Origin: the human T2T-CHM13v2.0 reference genome, Homo sapiens
DNA: 64,000 nucleotides
Reading direction: 5' to 3' (one strand)
NCBI RefSeq assembly: GCF_009914755.1
Contig: NC_060940.1
A program made the translations under genes and the position numbers. This document shows, in pieces, positions 13,619 through 28,300 of this stretch (the stretch's first letter is position 1; the number at the start of each line of letters is the position of its first letter). The notes below the pieces were generated by a model that made no database searches, was not told the origin of the DNA, and saw only the letters and a list, made by a program, of their open reading frames with translations.

Positions 13619-14590
13619 TTCTGGAAATATTGGAATTGTCAATTGAGATTTTATGTTATCCAAAACAAATACTTTTCTTTGTTTTTAAACATCTACTTCC
13701 ATCTACTTATCTACTTATTTTTACTTTTATTTGTAACTTAATTCCATCAAGGAGAGAGAGTGCATTTTCTGTTATGCTAAATTTTTGAAGAATGTATTGA
13801 TTTTTTATGACCTGATATATGGATGATATGTAGATATTACATGTTTGTATTATCAAATTTCAGGGCGATAATAAAATAAATACTTATAATATTTATATTG
13901 TCACTGTATATTAGTAATTTCCTTTCTTAACTAGAGGAGTTTTTCAACCTATAGGCTATTTTTCAATTCTGGTTTATCCAGTAGATTTTGAAAAGTTATG
14001 ATTAAATATCTACTTCTCAAGCATTCATCTTTGCAAATGAAACAATCCCAAGCTCTTATAATACACATCATATAAAGGGCAGATTAGTCAATATATGGTT
14101 CAGAAATAATTATGTAATATTTACAAGAAAACTAAAAATTTAGATCCTTAACTCAGATAATAAAAATCCAAATTAAAATTTGATTTCATTACATAACTTA
14201 AAATGACACCAGAATACTAGTAAAAATGTACATAAGTTCATATAATCTTTTTTAGTTGTAGGACTTTATTAGCAAAAATTCAAATACAGGAACCAAGTAA
14301 GACTGAGACCTATAGTCAAAGGTTAAAATGTACACATTATAGGGGCATGATTAAACTAATTTAAAGCATGATAACATGGAGAAATATTGCAAAACATACA
14401 TGTTACTGAATTAATTGTTAATATATAATCATTATGTGAGAACAAAATTAAAGAGTAGCTACAAATGCACACACCCACACACAAGTGCAGTATTGTCAAA
14501 TAAACAATGTTCAGCTACACTAGAAATCACACCTGTGTTTTCTCCACAGAACAGATTAAAAAGCACAATAATATTTATTGTTCATATGGA

Positions 14591-15518
<928 letters not shown>

Positions 15519-16890
15519 AGAGAAAAGACAAATATATAGGTGACAAATAATATTTAGAGTGTAAGACACTTTATTAAGGTATATTTGCTATTTGTGTCAA
15601 AACATTTAAATATACATTTGTTATTTTAACTATAAAATTTCAAATAATTTAAGCCAAATACGTAGTATATGCAGAAAACTTAGCAGTATATCTATTTAGC
15701 ACCTTACTGTGCATTACTGTCACCAGCCGTCTGATATAAAGAATTAATTAAGGTAGCAGCTACTTTTATAAGAGCTCATTTTTTTCACAGACCTATTAAA
15801 TAAGACAAATAACATTTAAACTTTATTTTTAAATTTGCAGAATAGTAGTTTTCAGCTGATGGTTTATTTTAGCAAATTCCATCTTCACATTGTGCTATGC
15901 TTTTATGAGTTCCAGCTGTTAATGGATCATATTTTACTGCTGAAACTATCATGTGTGATATAATTGCTCATTATGTGCCTTAAAACACAAGCAATATAAT
16001 TATTTTCAACTTGGAGCAAATTAAAATCTTATCAGCAATTTAAAAACTCTAGAGTCGTCTTCTTCTGGTTAATTATTTTAAACTTGTATTTTTCTCTTTA
16101 AGTTTTTAGTGAGTTGTCTTATCAAGGAGAAGAACTCAAGCTGATTATTCTTTTTTTTCTCTTCCATCCACCTCGCAGGTGTTTTAATAATTTCATTTCT
16201 CAGAAAATGTTCTTTCATATCCATCTTACAAGATGAGAGACCTTTTAACATCTTCCATTCGGATGTGATACCAGTAATGGAAAATATTCCAGCTTCGTGA
16301 ATATGGTGATACAAATAGTTATCCGTCTAACCTCTTTCAGTGCCAAATGTTTACTTTACTCAGTGAATTACTCAGTTGACTGGTAATTTCTTCTGAAATC
16401 ACTAATGAGAGGATCAGAGGTCTGGCTGTTGTCTGTACTTCATATGACTCGCAGTGCAGACAATTGTTTCTATGGAGCACAGACAGTTGAAAAGATTGAC
16501 TTCCTGCCTAGAATACTTTCTGCTGTGCTTCTTACCCTTCTTGTGGAGATTTCAGATTATATGAATTGCTTTTCTATCTTGAGATAAAACGCAACAATTC
16601 TCCCACCTGACAGGAATGTAAACTGTAGTAAGTTAGCAGAACCAATCCGTAAAATTTTTACATTGTTGGTTGCAAAATGAAGCGCTGGTGTCTCCATCAT
16701 TAACCTTTTCTATCCCTCATTGCTCTTTCTTTGAATGCACTAGGATACCTCTAGGCAAATCTGTATTCCCGAGACAGAGTGCCCTTTTGGTGAGCTATAA
16801 GCACACTCGATGGTAGGCTGAAATACTAGCTTTTACCTATGGTGAAATGGAATCATATCAGTGATTTTTTTAAAAAGAAAATTTAACTCT

Positions 16891-17065
16891 TGCTATGGTT
16901 TGAATGCTTTCCCCTCCCAATCTCATGTTAAAATTTGATCCCCAATGTTGCAGGCGGGGCTTACTGGGAGGTGTTTGTTCATGGGGTTGGACCTTCATGA
17001 ATGGATAATAACCTCCTTTAGAAATCTAAAGCTATCCTCCCTCCTCGGTGCCCTCAGGAATGAGT
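16891..17065 (+). mobile_element. MST-type MaLR LTR 5' fragment
   Basis: TGCTATGGTTTGAATG...CTCATGTTAAAATTTGATCCCCAATGTTG...GGGAGGTGTTTG. Confidence 0.7.
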
Positions 17066-17907
17066 GTACCATTCTTTATTCACCTATAATTCCCCCACTC
17101 ATCCTTTTTGAGATAATAATTACATGTATGTTACACTGCTGCATATTGTCTGAAGTATCAGTGAGTTTCTGGCTTTCTTATTTTAGTTTACCCTTTGTTC
17201 TTTAGTTTGTAAAGCTTCTACATTTTTCTATAAATTTTCTGATATTAGGGTAAATTCCATTACTTATTCTATCTCATGGAATTTTTATTTCAAATATTTA
17301 TTTTTCATCTAGACATGTCACATTTTTCATTTTATAACTTCTATTTTTCTCCTATGTTCAATTTTCTTTTCAGTACCTTGACATATATATGTATTTATCT
17401 ATATGTATTTATAAAATATATTTACTTTAAGGACCTTGAAATTTCCTTCTTTTCTGTCATTTATAAATGACTTATTTTTATCCTGTTAATATATAGCTTA
17501 ATTATATATATCTTACGACTTCTTTACATGTCAGAGTTTTTTGGGGGTATTTTGATATTATGCTATTGAATATCTAGATTTTATTGGCTACCTTTGAACA
17601 ATGTTGTGGCAGACAGTTCAGTAACTTCAGGATGAGTATTTGTCTGTTGTTGTTTTAAATCCTCTCTTTAAACTTTTTAGAGTTATTCTAGAGCCATCTG
17701 TAATTTGGAGCTAAATGAGCACTGTCACTAGGGCATGAACCTCCAGTGGTCTTTACTGAATATCCTGGAGGTACAGAGGGGATTCCCTTCTCTGATTAGA
17801 ATTTGGAATATAAAGAGAAAAGAGAAAAATAGAAAGCTATGCATAAACACGTGCATTAAAATGAATTTTATGTGGGCTTTTTCATGAAAATGTTCCTAAG
17901 GTATTTA

Positions 17908-18123
17908 ATTTTTTTATTGTGGTAAAATTCACATAACATAAAATGTACTCTGTTAACCATTTTAAGTTTACAGTTCAGTGGTACTAAATATAGTCATAAC
18001 ATTGTGCGGCCGTCCCTACCATCCATCTCCATAATTCGTTTCATCTCGTAAAACTGAAACTCTATACCCATTAAACAATACTTCCACATTTCTTCCTCCC
18101 CCCAGCTTCTAGCAACCATCATT
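17908..18123 (-). mobile_element. L1MB 3' end fragment
   Basis: TTTTTATTGTGGTAAAA..CACATAACATAAAAT...AACCATTTTAAGT.TACAGTTCAGTGG...AAACTGAAACTCTATACCCATTAAACAATA. Confidence 0.8.
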
Positions 18124-19764
18124 GTACCATCTCTATAATGCTAATCAAGCATAGTGGCTGTGTTTCTTGCTTCCTCTAGTCCGCAGGTAGCATAAAAATG
18201 TAATAAACTACTTATTCATCTCACATCTATTAATTTTCTGCCTTATACCAAGCTTGTGGGATTCTCTTAAATACAACATTTTTATACTTACACCTATGCC
18301 ATACCCATTAGCATCGCCTTCCTAAATCAGGGGAAATTGAGCCTCTGTAAGGTGGAGTAACTTTCTAAGATATAAAACTCAGCATTGAAGTCTGTATACT
18401 TCAATATCCTGCCCTCTTCTCATTTGTCTTTACTGCCTTTTATGTATGTGTTAAATGTTCAATAAATTCTCTTTTTTAAACTTAATTTAAGCTGTGGAGC
18501 AGTGTTTTGTTGAACAATAAATATGATATAGGACACTCTTCCTCCCTTTCATTTATGATCCTGTTCATGAAAAAGAGAAATTCTTTCATTGTGTTAGAAG
18601 CTTAAAGTAATGAAAATGCCACTTTCTACATTAAACAGAAACTGAAGGGAATCAAGGTGAATTGCATGAGACATAGAAAACAAGTGGGAAAGAAATCTAG
18701 TATAATTTGCCCTTTGTGTACCTTTATTATTTTGCGTTTGAGTAAATGATTCCCCCAAATATCTTCCCATCTTAATTCATGTCTCTAAAGTAGACATTTA
18801 TGTCTCACCTTGTCAAGAACGGCAAACTCTAACATAAACATTTCCCAAAAATGCTTCCTGCTAAAACGTAAGCTCAGTCTGACTAGAAATGCAGCTCACT
18901 TCATAAAGATTAATTGGTTGCTAATTTTGCATGCTGTTCTCTGAACTTGAGTGAAACCTGTCCATCAGGCATACAGGGAATGACGGAAAAGGTGACAACA
19001 GAAGATGAATGCTATGTCACTAACCTTCAAAGATGACCTGCCTTTTCTTTCAAATTCTTGATATCTTAAGACTTCATTAATTCATCTCTCTTTGCCCTTG
19101 GTTCAACATTGTTCTATGCCAAAACTCATGTAAAACAATAATCTAATGTAATAAAAATGGCATTTTTCTTTCATGTAGATGGAAGCTAACTGGCATTTTT
19201 ACAATCCACATATTTCCTTTGTCAATTTTTCATTCTGTATTGGAAGTAATTGATAGGTATTTCTTAAGGGGTGAAGGTGTTTCTGTGTTCATTGTGATCC
19301 AAACTATCTTTAGACCTAGGGGCGTTTGTATAACAATTTGTGCCAGCTGACCAAGGATCACTGTGGAAGAAAGCAGCCAACTTCCGTAAGATGTCACTGC
19401 CCCATAAGTTGGCTTTGAAAACAAGGGGCGTACTCTATAGTCTTATGAATCAAAGACATTGATAGATGTAGTATAAGATTACAATAATATTTTCCTTTGG
19501 ACAGTCACATTATAAAGCATGTTTTATTGCAATTAATCTCAATTAGCTGATCACAATTAAAATTTAAAATGTTTATTATTGCTGATAAATAATCATGACT
19601 CTCCTGTTCTCAAATGTGCAAGTAATTCTTGTAATTTTAATACAAATTTGCATATTATTATTAATTGATTTAATCTCATTGGATTTGGTTCATGGATCCA
19701 ATTTATTAAAATATTGATAATGGGATAATGATTTGTCTCCCCATTTCATGTACACTAAAAACAA

Positions 19765-20080
19765 CAATTCTTACAATGGTCTGCAAGCCCATCATGATCT
19801 GCCACATGTTAACCGCCAAAATTCTTTTATATCTTCACCTCTGATCTTTCCAGTTGTCCTGGCCACCTCACTGTCCTCTGTACATGCCAACAGGCTGCTG
19901 CCATATGACCAAGACTCTAGTTAATTTCTTGGCTTGGAAAGATAGCCCTCCATATATCCATTCATCAGCTCATTCAACTTCCTCAAGTCTTTACTGAAAC
20001 TTCACATTCTCGATGAGGCCTATTCAGTATTTCAAACTGCCTCCCAGCTGCAACATTCCAAAACCCCTTACTCTTCTGTG
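19765..20080. mobile_element. L2 fragment
   Basis: CTTACAATGG.CT.CAAG.CC..CATGATCTG-type L2 motif followed by degenerate C-rich L2-like sequence. Confidence 0.45.
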
Positions 20081-20093
20081 TATTTTTGAAAGG

Positions 20094-22650
20094 ATTTATT
20101 GAGATATAATTTACATAGTGTAGAGTGCACACATTAATGTCTACAAGTCAGTGGCTTTTAGTATATGCACAGATAAGTGGAGCCATCATCACAATGAATT
20201 TTAGAACACTTTCACCACTTCAAAAAGAAACCACACCTTCTCTAGCTGTTTACCTCCTATGCACCCATCCCCTGCTCAATCCTAAGCAACCACAAATCTG
20301 TTTTCTGTCTCTATAGATTTTCCTATTCTGTTTTCATCTAAATAGAATCATACAATAGGTGGCCTTTTCTGCCTGGCTTCTTTCAGTTGGCATAATGCTA
20401 TCAAGTTTCATGTAAGTATTGGTACTTTATTTCTTTTTATAACTGTGTAACATTCAATTTCATGGATAAAACATTTTGTTTATCCAATAATATTTTTATT
20501 GACATTTGAGTTGTGTTCAACCTTTGGCTATTTTCAATACTGCTGCTAAAAATACTTGTGTACAATTTGTGTTTGAACACCTCTTTCCAATAATCTGTGT
20601 GTATACCTAGGAATAAATTTCTGGGTCATATGACAATTCAATGCTTAATATATTTAGAAGGATCAAATTATTTTCCAAAGTGGTCAGTTCTAGCCATAGA
20701 GTATCTAACTGTGGTTTTGATTTGTAGTTTCCTGATGAGTGATGCTATTGAGTATCTTTTTATGGGATTATTGACCGTTCGTGTATCTTCTTGGGAAACA
20801 CATCTGTTCCTATTCTTTATCAGTTTTGAGTTGGGATATTTGTTACTGAGTTAAAACGATTTTTCTATACTTAAGATACATATATATACAGACTTATAGA
20901 TACGTGTTTTTCAAATATCTTCTCACAATTTTTGAGCTGCCTTTTGACTTGCTTGGTTGTCCTTTGAAACATCAATGTCTTTAATTTTTAAGAAATTTTA
21001 AATATCTAATTTTTATTTTGTTGCTCATGTTTTTGGAGTTACAGCTATTTCTTTGCTAGATCCAAAATCCTGAAGATTTTCCCATATGCTTTATTCTAGC
21101 TCTTACATGTGTGTCTTTAATTCATTTGAGTTAATATTTTTGTATGCTTTGGGGTAAGGGTTCGAATTTATTATTTTGCAAGTGGGCATCCAAGTGTACG
21201 TTGTTGACCCAGTTTGTTCAAAGACTGTCTCTTCCTCATTGAATTGCACATGGCACCACTGTAAGAATCCATTGACTATAGACACATAGCTTTATATATG
21301 GACTCTCAATTCTCTTCCATCAATCTATATATTTTTCCTTCATCAGTATTATGTTGTCTTGATTACTGATACTCTGCAGTAAGTTTTGCAGCATGGGGGT
21401 GTGAATTATCCTAATATGTTTTCTTTTTTCAAGATTATTTTGGCTGTTATGAGTTCCTTACAATTCCATGTGTATTTTAGAATCAGCTTGTCAGATTCTA
21501 GACAGAAGTCTTTTGGGATACTTGCAGAGATTTCATCAAAACTGTAGTTCAAATTGTAAAGTACTACAATATTAAATCTTCCAATTCATGGCTGTAAGAT
21601 GTTTGCTGATTATTTAGATAATCTTTAAACAATAAATTTTAAATTTCAGAGTAAAGTCTTGTATCACAATTTCCAAACTAATTATTATGTCTTTTTTTGA
21701 TGCTATTTTAAATTGAAGTGTTTTCTTAATTTCATTTTGGGGTTTTCATTGTAGATGTGTGCAATTGATTTTTGTACATTTATCTTGTATGCTGTAATAT
21801 TGCTGAAATAATTTACTAGTTCTATCCTTCAGTGGATTCCTTAAAATTTTCTATATACCAGAATGTTATTTTCAAATAAAGTTTTATTTCTTCCTTTTCA
21901 ATATGGGTGACTCTTATTTTTCTAGTTGCCGATTTTCCCTGCATAATAACTTTAGTACAGTGTTGACCAGAAGAGGTCAAAGTACATATACTATTCTTAT
22001 CTCTGACCATAGCAGGAAAGCATCCTTTAACATTAAGTTGCATGCTTGCTGTTGGCTTTTCACGGGAGCCGTGTATCTGGTGTAGAAAGTTCTCTATTCC
22101 TGGTTCATTGAGTTTTTATTTTTATTTTTAATCATTAAAACATTTGGATTTTGTTAAATGTCTTTTCCGAATCTATTGAGATGATCATGCAATTCTCGTT
22201 TCTTATTCTATGGATAAGATGTATTACCTTAATGGATTTTGGGCTGTTAAACCAACCTGGGATTACTTGTATAAATTTCACTTTGTTATAGTGTATAATT
22301 CTTTTATATGTTGCTAGATCTGGTTTGTTTGTATTTTTTAAGGAATTTTGCATTTATACTTATAGTAGTTTTACTTTTCTATGCTATTTGGACTAATTTT
22401 TGCATCAAGGTAACACTGGCCCCACAGAATAAATTGGGAAGTGAACATTTCTTTATTTTAAAAAACTAGTCAATAATTAATATCAATTATTCAACACTAA
22501 CAAATATTATTATAAATTATTAATTACTCTAATTATTATTTTCTTCCTTCTGCTTGCTTTAGGTTTAGTTTGCTATTCTTTCCAGTGCCTTAATGTGGAA
22601 GGTCATCTTATCTCATCCTTTCGTTTGTCTTTTCATTTTCTACATAGTGT
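20094..22650 (-). mobile_element. L1M (MB/MC group) 3' UTR plus ORF2 remnant
   Basis: TTTATTGAGATATAATTTACATA 3' terminus; minus-strand ORFs show L1 ORF2 remnants (e.g. KRIIHYNKVKFIQVIPGWFN...MIISIDSEKTFNKIQ at 22135-22353). Confidence 0.85.
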
Positions 22651-22659
22651 CTTTTTAGC

Positions 22660-22975
22660 ATCAGGCGATCTCCCCAGTTTGGTAATACTCCATGATTATT
22701 GCTGTACAACAATGACAGGTAATATGTCCTGAAGACAATGGCAACTTAACATTCAAAATCTCCTAGATTCCACCTTATATGATATGTCTTTTCAATTGGT
22801 CCTAATTTGTACCCTTTCTCTATTATAAATTGTGAGTACAATGGCATTCAATGAGTTCTGTGAGTCTTCCTAGTAAATTCTTGAAACTGAGGGTGTTCAG
22901 GTGAAACCCCTAAACTGGCAGTTGGTGTCAGAATTGAGAATCGTCTTATATGGCCTCTTCCTTTGAACTTTGCAG
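22660..22975 (+). mobile_element. MER77/MER68-group LTR 3' part
   Basis: TGAGTTCTGTGAGTCTTCCTAGTAAATT.TTGAAACTGAGGGTG...GCAGTTGGTGTCAGAA. Confidence 0.55.
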
Positions 22976-23568
22976 CGGGACGCAAACTCTGCACAATTTG
23001 GGCCAGAAGTCTCGTGTTGACTTTGCAGCCTAAAGCATCTTGTAGTTTGTCTAACCCTCAATAAATTTGCTTTCATCAAATATTGTATTTGTTACCCGAA
23101 AATTACCATCACGTTTTTTTTTCTCCAAATAACTCACATTGGGAGAAATAGCCAGCTGAGTCTGTAACTCAACAGAAACAAGTGATCCATATACCATATA
23201 CCATATAAGTGGCCATTTCATTTTGCTTTCTGCCACCAAATCTTAGCAACCTCAACCATTGTCATGAGCCACTGTAGGCCTACCAGCTACAAATAAACAA
23301 GTATCTTTTAAAAACCATTCATACCCCCATTTGATAAATTTCCCAGCAAAGGCATGCCTACTTTAACTCTATGCAAGTGGCTCATATTCACGAAGTCTGT
23401 AGATATTATTCATGTAGTGTGAGAAAATCATCCCAGCGATGCCAGCACATTCTCCTTCCCATGATCTGCTTAGTTTGCAAACATATTCAGGCCATGGGTG
23501 AGAGATTTGTATTTCACAGTACAACAATTTTATGGAGGGCATTGAAACCTAACTTGAGCATTTTAGTA

Positions 23569-23910
23569 CAGTCACACATCACTGAATGATAGGGATACGT
23601 TCTAACAGATGTATCTATAGGCAATTTCATCATTTTGCAAACATCACAGAGAATATTACAAACACCGAGATTGTACAGCCTACCTCGTCTAGGTCATATG
23701 GTATAGCCTCTCTCTCCCAGGCTACAAACCTGTGTACTACATTACTCTACTGAATACTGAAGGCAATAAGAACACCATGGTAAGAGTTTATGTATCTAAA
23801 CATACTTAAACGTTGAAAAGTACGTAAAAATATGTATTATAATCTCATGGGACCCCTTTTGTATATGTAATCCATCTTTGACTGAAATGTTATTATGCAT
23901 GGCATGACTC
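23569..23910 (+). mobile_element. Tigger3a (Tc1/mariner MITE)
   Basis: TA|CAGTCA...TGACTC|TA termini with TA TSD; internal AGGCTACAAACCTGT and GTATTATAATCTCATGGGACC. Confidence 0.85.
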
Positions 23911-25393
23911 TATGACAAAAATAAAATAACACATTGTAAAAAATGTACACAGATAACAAACATATTAATATTGTAAAAATAAAAATATTTATTCAGTGTA
24001 AGAATTTGTAATGATCACAAAATATTCACAGCTTATATTTTAGTACAGTTTCAAATGCCTATTGTAATTACTATTTATTTCTGTGTGTATTTTAAACATG
24101 TATATAATAAATATTTTTCAGTTTCAACAGTATTTATCAATCCAACTGGCTCTTATAAATATTAGTTAAAATCAATTAGTAAATTCATATATATGTATAC
24201 ACACGTGTATCAGTCTGCAGGCATGTATGTGTGTGTAAATGTAACTGTATGTGTGTGTAAATGTAACTGGATGCATCCTAATATTTAACCTTACCTACAA
24301 TATTTCCAAGATTCATTTATTATCTTTAGATGATGTGCATTTAAAAATTTACCAAACAATACTGTAATCGTGGAAAATATCAAGATTTTATTAAATTCAT
24401 CTTGTGCACATAATTGTTTCTTTAAATTTATGTTTCTTGCACAACTTGTGGTAATGCTCATGCACAAAATAATTTTCTAAATAAAAAATAAAAACATTTT
24501 CTCAGTCAATTCTTAATAATTATTTCTCCCCAATAATTAATATGAATTAATCCTTAATTCTTAATTATAGAATAATGTTGCCGTTCAGAGTTCTGAATCT
24601 TTTGCATGTTGTATGCATTTCACTAACTAGAAAAACTTCTGGAATATTGGCATTAATTAATGTCACTCAGCAATTAATGATTTCAAAGAAATTAAATACC
24701 GTTCATATTCTGAATCACAAGGGTACTTTGGCATCTAATTTAATCAAGCACTTTGTATCATCACCTACACTTTAATTACTTAACAAACATTTCTCTGTGT
24801 GAGAAAGATTGAGCAGGTTATTGTTCTTTTTTAAGATGCTACTTTCGCTTAATCTGGAGATAGGCAATGCTCCCTATAAGGGACAAAGAGAAAAATGAAA
24901 GAGCTGTAGAGATGTGACAGGCATGGCAAAAGACAATACATTTATAAAACAAATAGGGCCACAGATGATAATAATGGGGATCAAATAATGAGATACTGAC
25001 TCAGTTTATAAACTCACTGTACAATAGAGCAAATCACTTGTTAATTTTTTTACAAATGGAATTTAATTTAATTAAGATGAATACAGTGTTTTAAGCAAGG
25101 CAGGTCACCTTAAAATAAAGTAGTGGAATAAAGTGTTATAACCAATGTAAAAGTCATAAACATTTTATAAAGAATTTTTATCATGTAATTTAATATTTTT
25201 CTTTATTTGAAATCACCCAAATCAAAATAATTTTATCTGAATTAACAAATAATCATCAGAAGTTAACTAATTTTTACTTTATAATACTAGTTTTAAAAAT
25301 TCTTAACGATATTTTTAAACATATGTACTTATACATAAAATAGACATAAGGTATATGTTTACATGTTCACAATATTATAGTTTAATTGTTCCT

Positions 25394-28300
25394 ATGGAAT
25401 GGAATGGAATTATTCAATGGAATTGAATGTAATCACCAATGAAGGGAATCGAATGGAATCATCGTCAAATGGAATCAAGTGGAATCATCAAATGGAAACT
25501 AATGGAATCATTGACGAATGGAATGGAATGGAATCATTTAATGGAATTGAATATAATCACCAATGAATGGAATTGAATGAAATCCTCATCGAATGGTTTG
25601 AAATGGAAACATCAAATGGACACGAACGGAATCATCGGATGGTATTGACTGGAATCATCATCGAATGGAATCATCGAATGGAATCATCATCAAATGAAAT
25701 CGAATGGAATCATGGAATGGCATCGAATGGAATCATCATCCAATGGAATCAAATGGAGTGATATAACGGACTTGTGTAGAATCATCATCGAATGGAATCG
25801 AGTGGAATCATCAAACGGACACGAATGGAATCATCATCGAATGGAAACAAAAGGAATCATCATCAAATGGAATCGAATAGAATCATCATATAATGGAATA
25901 GAATGGAATCATTGCATGGAACAGAATGGAATCATCATCGAATGGAATCAAATAGAATCATCGGATAAAATTAAATGTAATAAACATCTAATGGAATTGA
26001 ATGGAATCATCATCGAAAGGAATTGAATGGAATCATCATCGAATGGAATAGAATGGAATCATCATCAAACGGAATTAAATAGAATCATCGAATGAAATTT
26101 AATGGAATCATCATCGAATGGAAACGAATGGAATCATCATCGAATGGAATCGAATGGAATCATCATTGAATGGAATCGAATGGAATCTTCAACAAGTGGA
26201 ATCACATGGAATCCTCGAATGGAATCTAATGTAATCATCAGCACATGGAACCGAATGGAATCTACATGGAGTGGAATCAAATGGTATCATCGAATGGAAT
26301 CCAAGGTGATCACTGAATTGAATGGAATGATCATCGAATGGAATCGAAGGGCAACATCGAATGGGATGGAATGAAATCGTTGAATGGAATAGAATGGAAT
26401 CATCAAAGGGATTCGAATGGAATCATCATCGAATGGAATCGAATGGAATCACCGAATGGATTTGAATGGAATCATCATCAAATGGAATCGAATGGAAACA
26501 TCGAATGGACACGAATGAAATCATCATTGAATGGAATCGAATGATATCATTGAATGGACTCGAATGGAAACATCATGCTATGGAATCAGATGGAAAAATC
26601 AGTTGTCATTGAAATGAATCATCATTGAATGGACTCTTAGGGAATAATTGAACGGAACTGAATGGAATCATCGAATGGACACAAGTGGAATCATCAATGA
26701 ATGGAATCGAATGGAATCATCGAATGGACACTTATGGAATCATCTTCGAATGGAATTGAATGGAATCATCTAATGGACTCGAGTGGAATCATCAAAAAAT
26801 GCAATTTAATGGAATCATCGAATGGACGCGAATGGAATCATCATCAAATGGAATCGAAAGGAATCATAGACTGGAATCGAATGGAATCATCATCGAATGG
26901 AATGGAATGGAATCATCAAATGGACTCGAATGGAATCATCACCGAATGGAATCGAATGGAATCTTCGAATGGACTCGATTGAAATCATCATTGAACGCAG
27001 TCAAATGAACTCATCATTGAATGGAATCGAATGGAATCATCATCAAATGGAATGGAATGGAGTCATCCAATGGAGTAGAATTGAATCATCATAGAATGGA
27101 ATCGAATAGAATCATCGAATGAAATCAAATGGAATGATCATCAGATGGAATCGAATGGAATCATCATCGAATGGAATCGAATGGAATCATCATTGAATGG
27201 AATCGAATGGAATCACTGAGTGGACTCGAATGGAATCATCATCAAATGAAATCGAATGGAATCACCAAATGGCATCAAATGGAATCATCAATGAATGGAA
27301 TCTAAGGGAAAAATTGAATGGAATCAAAAGGAATCATCAAATAGAGTAGAGTGGAATCATCATCGAATGGAATTAAATAGAACCATCCAATGTAATAGAA
27401 ATGTATCATCATCAAAAGGAATCTTTTAGAATCATCCAATGTAATAGAAATGAATCATCATCGAATGGAATAGAACAAAATCATCATTGAATGGAATCGA
27501 ATGGAGAAATCAAATGGAATCCAATTTAATCATCATTGAATTGAACCCAATGGAATCATTAAATGGACTCGAATGGAATCATCAAATGGACTCAAATGGA
27601 ATAATCATCGAATGGAATATAATGGAATCATCAAATGCAATCGAATGGAATCATCTTCAAATGAAATCAAATGGAATCATCGAATGGACTTGAGTGGAAT
27701 CATCATCAAATGGAATCGAATGGAATCATCGAATGGACTTGAATGGAATCATCATCGAATGGAATTTAAGGGAGTCATCTAATGGACTTCAAAGGAATCA
27801 TTGGATGGACACGAATGGAATCATCATCAGATGGAATCAAATGGAATCTTCAAATGGACACGAATGGAATCATCATTGAATGGAATCAAATGGAATCATT
27901 GAATAGAATCCAATGGAATCATCATCGAATTGAATCGAATGGAATCATTGAATGGAATCGAATGGAATCATCATCAAATGGAATCGAATGGAATCATCAT
28001 CGAATGGAATCTAATGGCATCATCATCTAATGGAATCTAATGGAATCATCAACGAAAGGAGTCAAATGGAGAAATCGAATGGAATCCTTTGGAATAATCA
28101 TCGAATGGTACCGAACGCAGTCGTCATCAAGTGGAATCCAATGGAAACATCATCGAATGGAATCGAATGGAATCATCATAGAATGGAACCAAAAGGAATC
28201 ATCATGGAATAGAATCGAATGGAATCATCGAATGGAATGGAATGGAATAATCAATGAAAGGAATTGAAGGGAATCATCAAATGGAATCAAATGAAATCAT

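Noticed and set aside
16405-16587. 60-aa ORF nearly identical in both copies
   Set aside because: Conservation is explained by local DNA identity; no recognisable protein family
24225-24268. 22-bp direct tandem duplication GTATGTGTGTGTAAATGTAACT
   Set aside because: Ordinary slippage in TG-rich DNA, present in both copies
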